From: a virus
Taxonomy: Duplodnaviria; Caudoviricetes
DNA length: 59,877 nt
Direction: 5' to 3' (one strand)
Virus record (IMG/VR): IMGVR_UViG_3300037504_001591
Span: 1-59,877 of that record
The translations under genes were made by a program, and so were the position numbers. A model generated the notes under the pieces. That model made no database searches, was not told the DNA's origin, and saw nothing but the letters and a program-made list of their open reading frames with translations. This document shows, one piece after another, positions 39,801 through 47,246 of the stretch (its first letter is position 1; the number at the start of each line of letters is the position of its first letter).

Positions 39801-40176
39801 ATTGCTGGTCATATTTTTCTTTTTCTTTTTGTACTTCTCTTTCGGCTTGAAGTTGCATTCTTTTAGCCTTAGTTAGTCTACTTCTTAAATCTTGTAATAT
39901 TTTTTGATTTGCATTTTTATGGTCTTTTATTATACTATCTAAAGTTTGTTTTATAACTTTGGAAGATTTTTTTACTTCTTTTTCTGACCTAGATCTTACT
40001 GCTTTATTAAAAAGGTTTATTGCATTTTTTAATCTATTTGTATATTCTGTAGAAATTTTACCACCAGAGCTGTTTACTAATTTATCTAAATTTCCAATTA
40101 GATCTCTAAAAGCTCTGCTTACTTTATTGGTATCTGCCTTAAGATCAATAACAATATCTATATTTTCTTCAGCCAT
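30862..40176 (-). CDS. Tail tape measure protein (TP901-like core), 3104 aa
   Basis: AMYKALTSGV...SDTMFTAMKYAKATLEEI...AATQLRALMKNLLDP core; long helical sequence. Confidence 0.93.
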   Translation of the reverse strand: MAEENIDIVIDLKADTNKVSRAFRDLIGNLDKLVNSSGGKISTEYTNRLKNAINLFNKAVRSRSEKEVKKSSKVIKQTLDSIIKDHKNANQKILQDLRSRLTKAKRMQLQAEREVQKEKEKYDQQSLKSFQQLMAKMDAIRKKAYLGKDRQPLTGKALEIKQIAEIGKLMSAYKRLQKQQTDAHNLRMKQSTERMNAAKKEGTIVEKELKDTLVTLNKMKSTKSIFNTSRIKKESDIVEKEINDVIRKQQEAKKKSGLFGKGLFRTFTDLRSVGLTVISTLRTINRVIDSIITKFTELDSGVRLSGTLIDDMTLHSIGGFKALANQAKDISYKFGVEIPTATNAMYKALTSGVEAANLEPVLDIGAKLSIGGRAEFDTVVDGITSLVNAYDELNYVQEDVTRVSDTMFTAMKYAKATLEEISNSVGQITTQASTLGISVEEITSGLAALTRTGLHTEEAATQLRALMKNLLDPAEGAKKIFDELGLTYGLNAFKAEGFIGTLTTLKKTLEENGYGLQDVLENVRGLQGAFALTGNVADDFNMIMEEMNLNAETLGLTTEAAYEKSAGAVERWQKRGTAAWNNFMASIGEGMSGAVVGWNKFLLDMFGSAEQKFNVMADEMKKLGSSSKLLTKVFGEKGELITPELINNTEKFNNIIGIIAKISPEIADNFARMAEDIRQGKKGFEDMKNLFSGYEGGFDVFKLDKLPEALKQLSKSVGEVLRDSTKDLYKETNIKGLKKVFNTIFKYAKDASGEQFRDFLEQLRNMNITADTGYMTTGAMDETNAQFILDAYQDIFGKIGEVEQETLFNIFKSLDANIIQSLSKTNDMIIAGISSFEDAGSGSGLAFINNFLDQIQAKKSLIVEDVVSYVSDSLGSLGISNQTILESTTQELETSLSKNIPDLNRLLDKLNITYSEFVDKMKASVLLEKTIAEISSASGEEKVKLAQDTLKYIKEELHLTGKVAKEYELQIKSILEIEDTKEKILEIEKELTIEGKNKEEAEKGANDYLQDRIKSLLDAKKIIIDMNKLSSGQETSFSVKNVGDIQNIKNMFGDLGFSLPELVTPEQRDRVYNYIQEQIDGFQEILNIRTGQLQTEDELEDGLSDQEEAIKEMLANISNIDFSAKISAGLDLENLKGAERDVKRTLKTYAESFKSSIEKEGGQDMDVQAFLSQVEMSGLSDAAKQFKWVDTVASKFAEISNYMEETGIDASNMSDELRGLFDGKDMEFETFDRLWQLMHETGQIGEQMISELEQEQQAAIEKIMASEKMSNSEKIRMIDDLNEHYARERLRVEKEVARDVLAQALRVGDEKKKIIDTIVDANYEEATINNTIQEIMENQKLSLNDKIALLVQIQKLAIAEYESQQAILSAQIASETESLTQLLLAAEGGTKTSTLVSGGGLRGESGEADENITSGEVIETSKKRIDAKIKELTNKHKENQAIIDATNNAIETLETQKVTKRETVSLEKGFDDGGGDTGGGFTGSSTGTWEIDWTYWTHWDKSRITLKDLYDEMRAFVRNSWANYNTQLLDLQIIINPETNEKEFISKWEADRKKLDIEMEKSRQEWEDKLIDTRQTNVEKYLKELEKIDEEIQNSIGKKAVPNPDPNAEESMINPSEVLKAARASILQEISSEFGISVEDFLNRYENAVSQTKRNDVLKDLANVMKTSTDTIYTMTDYTTTVLDESGKEIEMSIEDMLKRDEEFKENIFYAKLDKSLRDNITSILDTFKQIGEYDLDAYVSKLDQNLQRLNGVVSRDFETGTGELRQFQQSLYDIYKDIAGQDFTEGDTEFFERRQQAMELYIQQMLDYGINITEIMDNINTTFEDMSDFTGEGFNISSTLDEEGKEVETSMANLQQRLYDMYLDSTTERSGPYAEYINDIESMDYNYEKKKLDMRIEYGEEYLDREIEIAGEIYTLREVMDEEYLANKKQREIQYQQEVIQASGDFQKQYRDLMIEYFESLPQLTEAQQDIYSQFSAEKREEELYEKKSPALQLAEQVMQGIEYNLKQTFGTLEGYLSTIQSLNQDEFDKLSTAMRNEKRSWEDIMSDSDLAKIINTLDEGTQRALKHLKEGGDLFSEEFISSFGDLFNKAVETGDALKSLEFDEFTAMYGGAEKIYYDSESLRQMYEEGTISEQEWLEAIKDRLRAMFGEEFVANLENQKELSDGLYKQWKEILDLDFGAFGDLDIDPLRDMFDIMQEIARLQYEQTLNEEEIVKLRSFEIKQLKEKRDYMAEQLRLATGEEFIGKVDPDELLKEREGLYQRLIAIKNQLTEGVDKEGQPLDKKTIQNLNEEANAIKEQIAATEDSIEKVRDYEQAKLDLLEATRALRDGILEEIDAQNKLGELALRNFQGNLAIISSIGSLFGAGKKVQVTKQLSTDKGMQKYKEKQRKILDEQLEAGEITQDQYDAQIDALDHIAKTTREQVLTAMQEYEESVKNVFGQLQGIAGIINDLIVRGEGIDWDAFGNVMFDTIATALGAIPGLGVWVQGALKLAKTIIGVVQKAMVDTSASQSLKEQVEANELIFQQLQHQNDLLDLQKKLHMGIYNTIETQIDAQRELVESYQEGFDITSGQDALTNTEAAQENIAEAQQALKDLQDVNWGGPLNLGWGSADDEWFEKYREILEQAGLSWDKFKQGKYDKEEVQDALQWYIESQQQIIDASDEYADAFNALLEMMKDEINTRWDLQEQLYTIYGDQDMVLASQLSKIHELLELDKQLYEVDGTRLLTQEERLDLLLQEADLIQENLDNLDAQFSKEQQIVIKRAQVMGYSEDFINNLRLQALDDLIAAKEQEIDLYGSDEKYAGMMLDLEEELLDLQLQKLKLQESMNDELSRTNALYDEELRSYLRLVIEARKLNDETMEYENLVKSAQRLLELGVTPDEIYRLLGIDVDALGLTGETTEPTGDLGELPDVQDLLDDQQLNFDALQEVLSHVEDAILDNSPDALEEILTNIETLLEDVLIPLMTNIYTEDPVVNDPDEENTEEDTEEDTEELPTDIDIDTDIDKPIIPPGDRSLKALSSGIQPGALPESEIIKPNDIGTLVSSNELLIESLRSLQNKLDTLQGSQVLNNIGIQVSDKKTTKVTTESDTIRQDIQTNKLLRG

Positions 40177-40187
40177 TGTTAAGTCCT

Positions 40188-40715
40188 TTATTTAAACTTT
40201 CTAAGTAATTCTTTTATCTTTTTTTTTATATATTTTGAAAAACCAGGATCTTTTGAAATATCAATATCTTTGTAATTTTTCCCATGTTGCTCGCCCTTAA
40301 TTGAGGCTAAGGTATATTTTCTATATGGTGATATACCCCTATAATTAACATTTGAATCTGTTAATGTAACATTTAATCCTTTTGCATCTACTTTTATCAA
40401 ATAATTATTTCTTTTTTCACTCGTAAAATCTCCATCTTGTTCGACCATAGGTCTATTCTCACCGTATTTTCTTTTCTTTCTTAAAGTACTTCTTTCATTT
40501 ATATCTAATGGTGATTTACCGTTAATGCCTGTTCTTGAATTATCTACATTACTTGTTATTTGATCTACTATATTTTCACCTAATTCTTGTAAAATAACTT
40601 CTTTAGCTCTTTGATCTATTTTTCCAGAAGAACTAAGGAATTTTATAAGTCTAAATATTTTTGATTCGGCTTTAGATATTTGACTATGGTCTATATCTAT
40701 ATCTATTTTAATCAT
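40188..40715 (-). CDS. Putative virion morphogenesis / tail completion protein (Mu gpG-like)
   Basis: Basic 175 aa, STLRKKRK...RPM segment, position. Confidence 0.5.
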   Translation of the reverse strand: MIKIDIDIDHSQISKAESKIFRLIKFLSSSGKIDQRAKEVILQELGENIVDQITSNVDNSRTGINGKSPLDINERSTLRKKRKYGENRPMVEQDGDFTSEKRNNYLIKVDAKGLNVTLTDSNVNYRGISPYRKYTLASIKGEQHGKNYKDIDISKDPGFSKYIKKKIKELLRKFK

Positions 40716-40717
40716 AA

Positions 40718-41404
40718 TTAACCTTCGATATAATTAATATTCAATTCTTTTAAATAATAAGTTTCCATTAAAATATTAATTTCTTTATATACTGATGTAT
40801 TTTGAGGTTCTATTACATACATTTTATCTTCAATACCAATAATATTTAAAGCATGTCCACCTTTTTCTCCATCATGCCTTGTATATGAGTATCTCATTCC
40901 AAAAACTGCTATTCCCGCATCACCATCAAATTCTTGTAATAAAGCTACAATATAAACATATACTTGGAATAATCTTTGAAAATCATCACAATCAAATTTT
41001 CTCCATTGATAGAAAACTTTTGTTAATACATTTTCTCTAAACTCTTTTATAATAATATCAAAAGATTCTTTATCTAATATTAAATAAGCTCCATCTGCAA
41101 ATATCATATCATACACAGAAAAACGTTTATCGTAGTAATTTCTACATAATTTATGTATTTTTTTTCTAATATCTTTATAATTAAATATTTCTCCAGAAAC
41201 AGGTAAATCTGTTCTTACTAATATATCATCAATAGATAAAGTTAAACCATCGTCTCCTCCGCCATCATTTAATTCTATTAATACTTCTCTTTCTTTAAAA
41301 GAAAAGTTATATATTAATCTATTTTTTTCTATTTTTGAATCTCTTAATATAGAATGAAATTCTTTAACTATATTTTTATTTACTTGCTTTAATAATTTAT
41401 TCAT
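40718..41404 (-). CDS. Papain-like cysteine peptidase domain (MOA lectin C-terminal-like)
   Basis: FDCDDF...GHALN...IEPQN gives a Cys-His-Glu triad pattern. Confidence 0.7.
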   Translation of the reverse strand: MNKLLKQVNKNIVKEFHSILRDSKIEKNRLIYNFSFKEREVLIELNDGGGDDGLTLSIDDILVRTDLPVSGEIFNYKDIRKKIHKLCRNYYDKRFSVYDMIFADGAYLILDKESFDIIIKEFRENVLTKVFYQWRKFDCDDFQRLFQVYVYIVALLQEFDGDAGIAVFGMRYSYTRHDGEKGGHALNIIGIEDKMYVIEPQNTSVYKEINILMETYYLKELNINYIEG

Positions 41405-41417
41405 TTTTTTATCTCCT

Positions 41418-42104
41418 TTATTGAATAAATAAAAAATTATAATAATTAATTAAATTAAAATATTCTTCCATTTTTTTTATAATCTCATCTTCAGTTTTTA
41501 CTGCTCCTAAATAATGATAAGGTGATAATACTTCATATTCTTTTGAAGTTTCAATTATAACAAAAGAATGACTCATTTTTAAAAAAGGGATCTTTGAAAC
41601 AATAGCTACTTTTTTTATTTTATCTTCTGGAGCAATTTTATAATAAATTAGTAACTCTTTTATATTTTCTGCTTGATCATCACAATCAAAAGAATCATCT
41701 ATCTCATTTAAAATATGCATTCTAAACCATTGCACGCCTATAGTAGATGTCCAATCTATAAATCCTCTAAAAGGATCGTTTTTATATAACCTCATTGGAA
41801 AATACATCTCTTTAATAGCTATTACATCTTCAATAGTTTTAACTTGAGGCTTATGAACTTTTAACATAGAGGATAACTCAAAAGTGCTTTTTACATATCC
41901 CTCTATCCTTGTATATGAATGATTGATTATAGTGGAATTTAAAAAATACCAAGTTTTTAAATAAAACTTTACAGGAACTTTAATCCATTTATCTTTACCT
42001 AAACATATAAGATAACTAAAAAAAGATATAAGCCCAATAACAATAAATATAGGCAAAGCCATTATAAAAATAAAAATCTTTTCAAATATAGTTAATCTTT
42101 TCAT
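41418..42104 (-). CDS. Membrane-anchored transglutaminase/papain-like protein
   Basis: N-terminal TM; FDCDDQA...SHSFVII. Confidence 0.55.
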   Translation of the reverse strand: MKRLTIFEKIFIFIMALPIFIVIGLISFFSYLICLGKDKWIKVPVKFYLKTWYFLNSTIINHSYTRIEGYVKSTFELSSMLKVHKPQVKTIEDVIAIKEMYFPMRLYKNDPFRGFIDWTSTIGVQWFRMHILNEIDDSFDCDDQAENIKELLIYYKIAPEDKIKKVAIVSKIPFLKMSHSFVIIETSKEYEVLSPYHYLGAVKTEDEIIKKMEEYFNLINYYNFLFIQ

Positions 42105-42889
42105 TCATCTTCCTCTTCCTCATTATTGATATTATGCCCATTGGTTAATACATCTAAACCGTGTAAATGGGATAAAATATCTCCAGCAAACCCAATAATA
42201 AAAGAGTGTATTTGTTGTACATCTCTTTTTGTTAATACAATACCCTCTTTAGGATTTAAAGCTAAAAGCCTGCTTTCTATATAATCTACATAAACTGGTA
42301 TAAAGCGTTGATCAATAAACTTAGAAAACTTTTTAATTAAAATTTGATCATTTGATTTTGATAATTGTGTTGCCATTTGTTCTTTCATTGCTTCTATATA
42401 ATTCTTTAATTCCTCAACTATAATTTTAACACAATTAGAAAATTGCAATTGATTGTCATTTACAAAACTCTGGATATGATCTACAAATAATCTAAATGTT
42501 TTACAACTTACTCTTGTTAAAAACCATCCAACTATAGTTTTCATTACTTCTAACTTCAATGTTGATATTTGATTCATAGAATCAATCAAAGTATCCATTT
42601 TAATATCTATTCCTGCAATCTTATCTTCTATATTTATATCTTTTTCTTCCAATGAAACTATCTTATCTTTTAATTCTTTTATAACCTCTTGTAAATCTTC
42701 CATTGCTTTCTTCTTTCTATTTCCAAATATATTTTTTAAAGATTTTAAGCCTTTGATAAAACTTTTTTTTCTTATTACATTTATAATTAAAAAGAAAAAA
42801 ATAAAAAGTATTACAAAAACTAAGGGAATAAATAATTGATTATCTTTGAAAAAGTTTAATAAGTCTAAAAAAAAATTATATTCATCCAT
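42101..42889 (-). CDS. Single-TM coiled-coil protein (holin-position gene)
   Basis: One TM then basic patch and coiled coil; directly follows candidate endolysin. Confidence 0.45.
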   Translation of the reverse strand: MDEYNFFLDLLNFFKDNQLFIPLVFVILFIFFFLIINVIRKKSFIKGLKSLKNIFGNRKKKAMEDLQEVIKELKDKIVSLEEKDINIEDKIAGIDIKMDTLIDSMNQISTLKLEVMKTIVGWFLTRVSCKTFRLFVDHIQSFVNDNQLQFSNCVKIIVEELKNYIEAMKEQMATQLSKSNDQILIKKFSKFIDQRFIPVYVDYIESRLLALNPKEGIVLTKRDVQQIHSFIIGFAGDILSHLHGLDVLTNGHNINNEEEEDE

Positions 42890-42891
42890 TT

Positions 42892-43512
42892 TTAGCCCTC
42901 ATCTTCAAATAAAGCATTTTCTCCTTCGTTGTTTTCATCTTCTGTTGTTTTTTTCTTTTTTTTCTTCTTCTTTTTAGGAAATTCCTCAAAAAGATTATCT
43001 ATTTTGTCTTCATCTATAACTTGTAAATAAACTGGCTTTCCTTCATCAAATGCATCAATCATTTTATTATAAACAATTTTAAAGCCATCAAAAGAATTTT
43101 GTAAATTACTATAATCATCTTTATAAATTAATTGAGTTCCTACTAAAAGACATCCATCCGTATCTCTGTGATCTACTCCATTATGAAATAAAACATATTC
43201 CCATTTATCACCATCAGATTCATGTATTTCCCAATTTCCTTCTGGTGCACCTACATCAACTACATTAATCATACCCTTAGAAAAAATACCGCTTTTAGCT
43301 TTATATTTATTATATAAACCACCTTCTTGTCTTAATCTTAATTCGTAAGTACCAGCCTCAATTCGAGTTTTACCTGGAACTTTAGCTTTTCTTTTTTCAT
43401 CTTCTATAATAAGTCCTATTAATTCTTTTGTTTTATTTTTTACTTTATAAAGTAAACCTATTGTATCAAATTTAGCTTGATTTACTCTTAGTAAAATAAA
43501 ATTAGTTGCCAT
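42892..43512 (-). CDS. DUF5675 family L,D-peptidase, candidate endolysin
   Basis: TIGLL...IED...TRIEAGTYEL...VLFHNGV...DTDGCLLVG. Confidence 0.82.
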   Translation of the reverse strand: MATNFILLRVNQAKFDTIGLLYKVKNKTKELIGLIIEDEKRKAKVPGKTRIEAGTYELRLRQEGGLYNKYKAKSGIFSKGMINVVDVGAPEGNWEIHESDGDKWEYVLFHNGVDHRDTDGCLLVGTQLIYKDDYSNLQNSFDGFKIVYNKMIDAFDEGKPVYLQVIDEDKIDNLFEEFPKKKKKKKKKTTEDENNEGENALFEDEG

Positions 43513-43566
43513 TATATTCTCCTTAATAATAGTAATTTCATTATCTATTATAATTATCGAAAAGTA

Positions 43567-43830
43567 TTAAACTGGATAACTTAACTTATTATCAACTGGC
43601 GAATTATTTGTTTTTTTTGATTTAGGCTGGTGTTTTTTCATATTTTTATTTATTTGATAATTGTGCCATGATCTTTCTGCTACTGCTCGCTGGATTGCAA
43701 TTCTGGGGACTGTGTATCTCCATTTTTGACCGTAACCAAGTTCTTGCCTAACATAAAGTTCATAGTTTGCTGTTGAGTCGAACGACTCATATTCAATATC
43801 GCTTGATGAGCTGTTTGGAGCTTTTTTTTT
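43567..43830 (-). other. Programmed -1 frameshift site and alternative-frame extension (gpGT-like)
   Basis: A AAA AAG at 43821-43830; -1 frame open to TAA at 43569-43567. Confidence 0.7.
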
Positions 43831-44708
43831 ACATGGTAGGTATTATATTTAACCAATTTTTTAAAAACTGGTATAAACTTATAAATAGGACTTTGTGAAA
43901 GTAATTTAGTAATATAAATATTTAAAAGATCATTAACTAATCTCTTTAAAAAGTCTAATTCAAAAGATTCAAATAAAGGTAAAACCTTTTCTTTAAAAAA
44001 CATTTCAAAACCTTTTGTTTGAGAAATCCTATATTCCGTATTTTCAACTTCAGTTCTATATTCATTAATAGTTAAATAACCTTTTAAAAACTTTTTACTT
44101 GCTTTAATTATTTTGTTAAATAATTTTTTTAAAATTGAATCTTTATTCTTTTCTATATAATCTTTTTTATATTTTAGTAAATCACTTATAATATAATGAT
44201 TAACATTATACAATTCCCTAAAAAGAGTATAATAACTTGTATATTTTATCTCATCCCTATACTCTGCCTCTAATATGAAATAAAGAGAAGAATCTAAAAT
44301 AGCCTCTGGGTTTCTACATTTAGCATACTTAGCAAAAAGACCAAAAAAAGTACTTCTAAAGTTTTTTATTCTATCAATAGACCCCCATAAAACCTCTTTG
44401 TCTTTTTCTTTTAATTTGTTTTCTTCCTTATCCGTTTCAATAGTTTTTTCAATTTCATCAATTTTAGAAAGTATATTTGTTTTTATATAAGCAAAATTAT
44501 CTATAAAATCTATAAATAAAGCCTCTGGAAGCTGGTCTATTGTAAATATTAATCTATCTTTAATACCATCAATTAAAACTTCAATTTGCATCGGTTTCTC
44601 AAAATCAATATCTTCATCTGTAGGTGATACATCTTTTACATTTGTTAGAAACTCTTTTACAGGAGATCCTTGTATAATAGTTTTAAATTTTAATTTGTTT
44701 TTTGCCAT
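43680..44708 (-). CDS. Putative tail assembly chaperone (gpG-like)
   Basis: Follows tail tube gene; slippery A9G near the 3' end. Confidence 0.6.
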   Translation of the reverse strand: MAKNKLKFKTIIQGSPVKEFLTNVKDVSPTDEDIDFEKPMQIEVLIDGIKDRLIFTIDQLPEALFIDFIDNFAYIKTNILSKIDEIEKTIETDKEENKLKEKDKEVLWGSIDRIKNFRSTFFGLFAKYAKCRNPEAILDSSLYFILEAEYRDEIKYTSYYTLFRELYNVNHYIISDLLKYKKDYIEKNKDSILKKLFNKIIKASKKFLKGYLTINEYRTEVENTEYRISQTKGFEMFFKEKVLPLFESFELDFLKRLVNDLLNIYITKLLSQSPIYKFIPVFKKLVKYNTYHVKKKLQTAHQAILNMSRSTQQQTMNFMLGKNLVTVKNGDTQSPELQSSEQ

Positions 44709-44746
44709 TATTTTATTATCCTAATATATTAATATAAAATATATCG

Positions 44747-44778
44747 AAAAAAAAGAGTTATGAATTTATTCATAACTC
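44747..44778 (-). terminator. Rho-independent terminator after tail tube gene
   Basis: GAGTTATGAA-TAAA-TTCATAACTC then T8. Confidence 0.8.
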
Positions 44779-44808
44779 TATAAAAAGGTAAGTAATGGTT
44801 ATTTTTAA

Positions 44809-46011
44809 CTAAACAGTTTTTATACCTATACCAATAGGTTTTTTAACTAATAGACCTTTGTTACCACCAACAAACATGGTTCCATCTGCTACTGGAATAA
44901 TCATAAATGGAACTCTTGTTGCTACATTGTGAACATCGACATTACCATCAGTGTAGAGTTTACAAGCTGGAAATCTAACTTCTATCATAATTTCACTTTG
45001 ATACCACCCTCTTAGAACAATACCAAATGAAGGTAATTCTGTAGATGTAGTACTCATATCTGTAAGAGTACCTATAACTGCACCTGTGCTATCTTCTGCA
45101 GATCCTTTTTGATAATTGTTTAATATTCTAAACATAGCAGGATCCAAATCACTTAAAGTTCCAGATATTTCACTGTTTCTTTCGGATACAATAATGGATT
45201 GATACAGTTTAGGATAACCAGATTTGTTTTCTGCTGTAGTAACACTGAAGTTCATACTTATAGTATCTTCTAATTTACCTAAAGATCTTTCGACACAATC
45301 AATATTACTTACTAAATTAACTTCCCATGAAGGTAATAAAGCAAATAGTGATGCAAAACCCTGTGGTAAATCAAATCTTCTAATATAAGATTCTAACTCT
45401 GCATAAAAACAAAGATGTCCCAAAGGAACTGTATATCCATCAGCATCAACTTCACTTGCAGGATCAAAAGGTAAATAAGGTGTATATAAACTCTTATTTA
45501 CTCCAAATTCTAGTACTAATCTGTCGCTTAATTGAGTACCGCCATTATCATGAGCAATTTCTAATGGGTAACCATCTGTTGCAGGTGTTCCTAATGGATC
45601 CTGTGCTTTTTCCAATGATCCTGGCATTTCAACAAAACCTGCGGAAAAATCATCGTTTGGTGTAGTGGTTACCAAAGCTGTAGTTAATCCCGTTGCATGA
45701 TCCACTTGTTCATATTTTATCATTGCGGCACCGTCAAAAGTATTCATATTGACCCATGCTCTACATCTATAAAGATTTCTTGAAGATGAAACAACTACTG
45801 CTGCTTGTTTTGACACATATATACCACTAGTAATACCTGGATCTGTCAAATCTAATTCATCTGTGTCTAATCCAAAATCTATAAAAGATATATCGAAAGG
45901 TGGGTTTTCTCCGCCCGCACCGTCATCTTCAATTCCTCTAATATAAGTACCGACATTGTTGTATTGTAGGTCTTTAACTTTAAAACCCTTGTATTTTGTT
46001 ACACAAGACAT
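44809..46011 (-). CDS. Major tail (tube) protein, probably with extra N-terminal domain
   Basis: Acidic beta-rich; SLGKLEDTISMNFS...SEISGTLSDLD...EVRFPAC tube-like C-half; followed by terminator. Confidence 0.65.
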   Translation of the reverse strand: MSCVTKYKGFKVKDLQYNNVGTYIRGIEDDGAGGENPPFDISFIDFGLDTDELDLTDPGITSGIYVSKQAAVVVSSSRNLYRCRAWVNMNTFDGAAMIKYEQVDHATGLTTALVTTTPNDDFSAGFVEMPGSLEKAQDPLGTPATDGYPLEIAHDNGGTQLSDRLVLEFGVNKSLYTPYLPFDPASEVDADGYTVPLGHLCFYAELESYIRRFDLPQGFASLFALLPSWEVNLVSNIDCVERSLGKLEDTISMNFSVTTAENKSGYPKLYQSIIVSERNSEISGTLSDLDPAMFRILNNYQKGSAEDSTGAVIGTLTDMSTTSTELPSFGIVLRGWYQSEIMIEVRFPACKLYTDGNVDVHNVATRVPFMIIPVADGTMFVGGNKGLLVKKPIGIGIKTV

Positions 46012-46034
46012 ACTCTATATTCTCCTTTTATTTA

Positions 46035-46463
46035 TTATCCTTTACTCGTTATACCATAAAGGATTTTGAAACCCTCAAGGTTTTTAACTTTCATATCAAT
46101 AAACATAGTACCTACAAAAGAAATCTTTTGTACTGCATAAATGTTATTTCTATTAAAATACAAAGTATCTTTGAATTCTTGATAAAAACCTCGAGCCCTA
46201 GCCTCTCTTTGGCTATCTGTTAATTTTCTATCTATATAAAACACTATTACATAGTATCCTCTATATTCGTGAAGCCCCTCATCGGAGTCTCTTTCAAAAT
46301 ATATTCTTACTTTGTTAGCCCCAACATTCGGCGATGCCTGTTCGTCAATCACCTCATAACCCATAATATCTTCTACTAAATGTTTTAATCTATTTCTTAT
46401 ACTTTTAGTATAAATATACTCATCTTTAGGTATTCTTATTGTTGCCTCATTGCTAACATTCAT
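46035..46463 (-). CDS. Putative tail terminator/completion protein
   Basis: 142 aa, immediately upstream of tail tube. Confidence 0.5.
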   Translation of the reverse strand: MNVSNEATIRIPKDEYIYTKSIRNRLKHLVEDIMGYEVIDEQASPNVGANKVRIYFERDSDEGLHEYRGYYVIVFYIDRKLTDSQREARARGFYQEFKDTLYFNRNNIYAVQKISFVGTMFIDMKVKNLEGFKILYGITSKG

Positions 46464-46475
46464 ATATACACCTCA

Positions 46476-46868
46476 TTATACTGGTAGTGGTATTTCCGAT
46501 ACTATCATATTAATTTTACATAATTGACCAGCATCTGTACATTCTTCTAAAAGATATGCAATTGTATCATCAATACCTACTGCAACATCAAAACCACCTG
46601 TCGCAGTCTGTGTTAGAGCCTCACCTTTAGCTAAGGCACTTTCTACTATGCCGTAAGCTTCGCCTTGTCTAATAACAGGCACAGGATCTCCAGCTCTTAC
46701 ATCTTTTGTTACTACACCTTTCGTAGGGGGAGGTGTTGCTGCATCACATACTTTTACATATCCTTCTGTAGCGTCATCTAATACATTGTAGCCCTGGTTA
46801 ATATCCGTTGAGGCTATTCCTGCTGTTATGATTTCTACAGGTTGATATTTACTATTGTATTCGCTCAT
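46476..46868 (-). CDS. DUF2190-like capsid decoration/cement protein
   Basis: GVVTKDVRAGDPVPVIRQGEA...AYLLE..TDAGQ. Confidence 0.75.
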   Translation of the reverse strand: MSEYNSKYQPVEIITAGIASTDINQGYNVLDDATEGYVKVCDAATPPPTKGVVTKDVRAGDPVPVIRQGEAYGIVESALAKGEALTQTATGGFDVAVGIDDTIAYLLEECTDAGQLCKINMIVSEIPLPV

Positions 46869-46878
46869 TAATAACTCC

Positions 46879-47235
46879 TTATGCTCCTCTTTTAAAAACT
46901 AGCACTTTTAGTTTTTCCCCATCGGCAACAGTTTCTAAAGCTCTCGCAAAAGCTATCTCTGCCGCCGCTACTGTACTAACTTTTCCATCAGTTGTAGCAA
47001 ATAAAAGATCACCCTCTGTTATGGCACCATCGGCTATAGCTATAGCTTCTCCATAACTAATAACACTAATAGCATGATTTTTATAAATACCACCTAATGG
47101 TGTAATACCTATAACAGGTAAACCTGGTGCTGTGGGCAAATCAAAATCGTAATTTAATGCTAAACATTCTCCAATGTTTTCTGTTGCTACTTTTCCAGTT
47201 TTCATTTGAATTACTGGGTTTTTTGAGTATTTCAT
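46879..47235 (-). CDS. DUF2190-like capsid decoration/cement protein
   Basis: VISYGEAIAIADGAITEGD...DGKV...ARALETVADGE. Confidence 0.78.
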   Translation of the reverse strand: MKYSKNPVIQMKTGKVATENIGECLALNYDFDLPTAPGLPVIGITPLGGIYKNHAISVISYGEAIAIADGAITEGDLLFATTDGKVSTVAAAEIAFARALETVADGEKLKVLVFKRGA

Positions 47236-47246
47236 TTATTCACTCC

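Noticed and set aside
32681-40195. Plus-strand ORFs inside the tape measure (e.g. 37862-38494)
   Set aside because: Antisense shadows without SD or recognisable motifs
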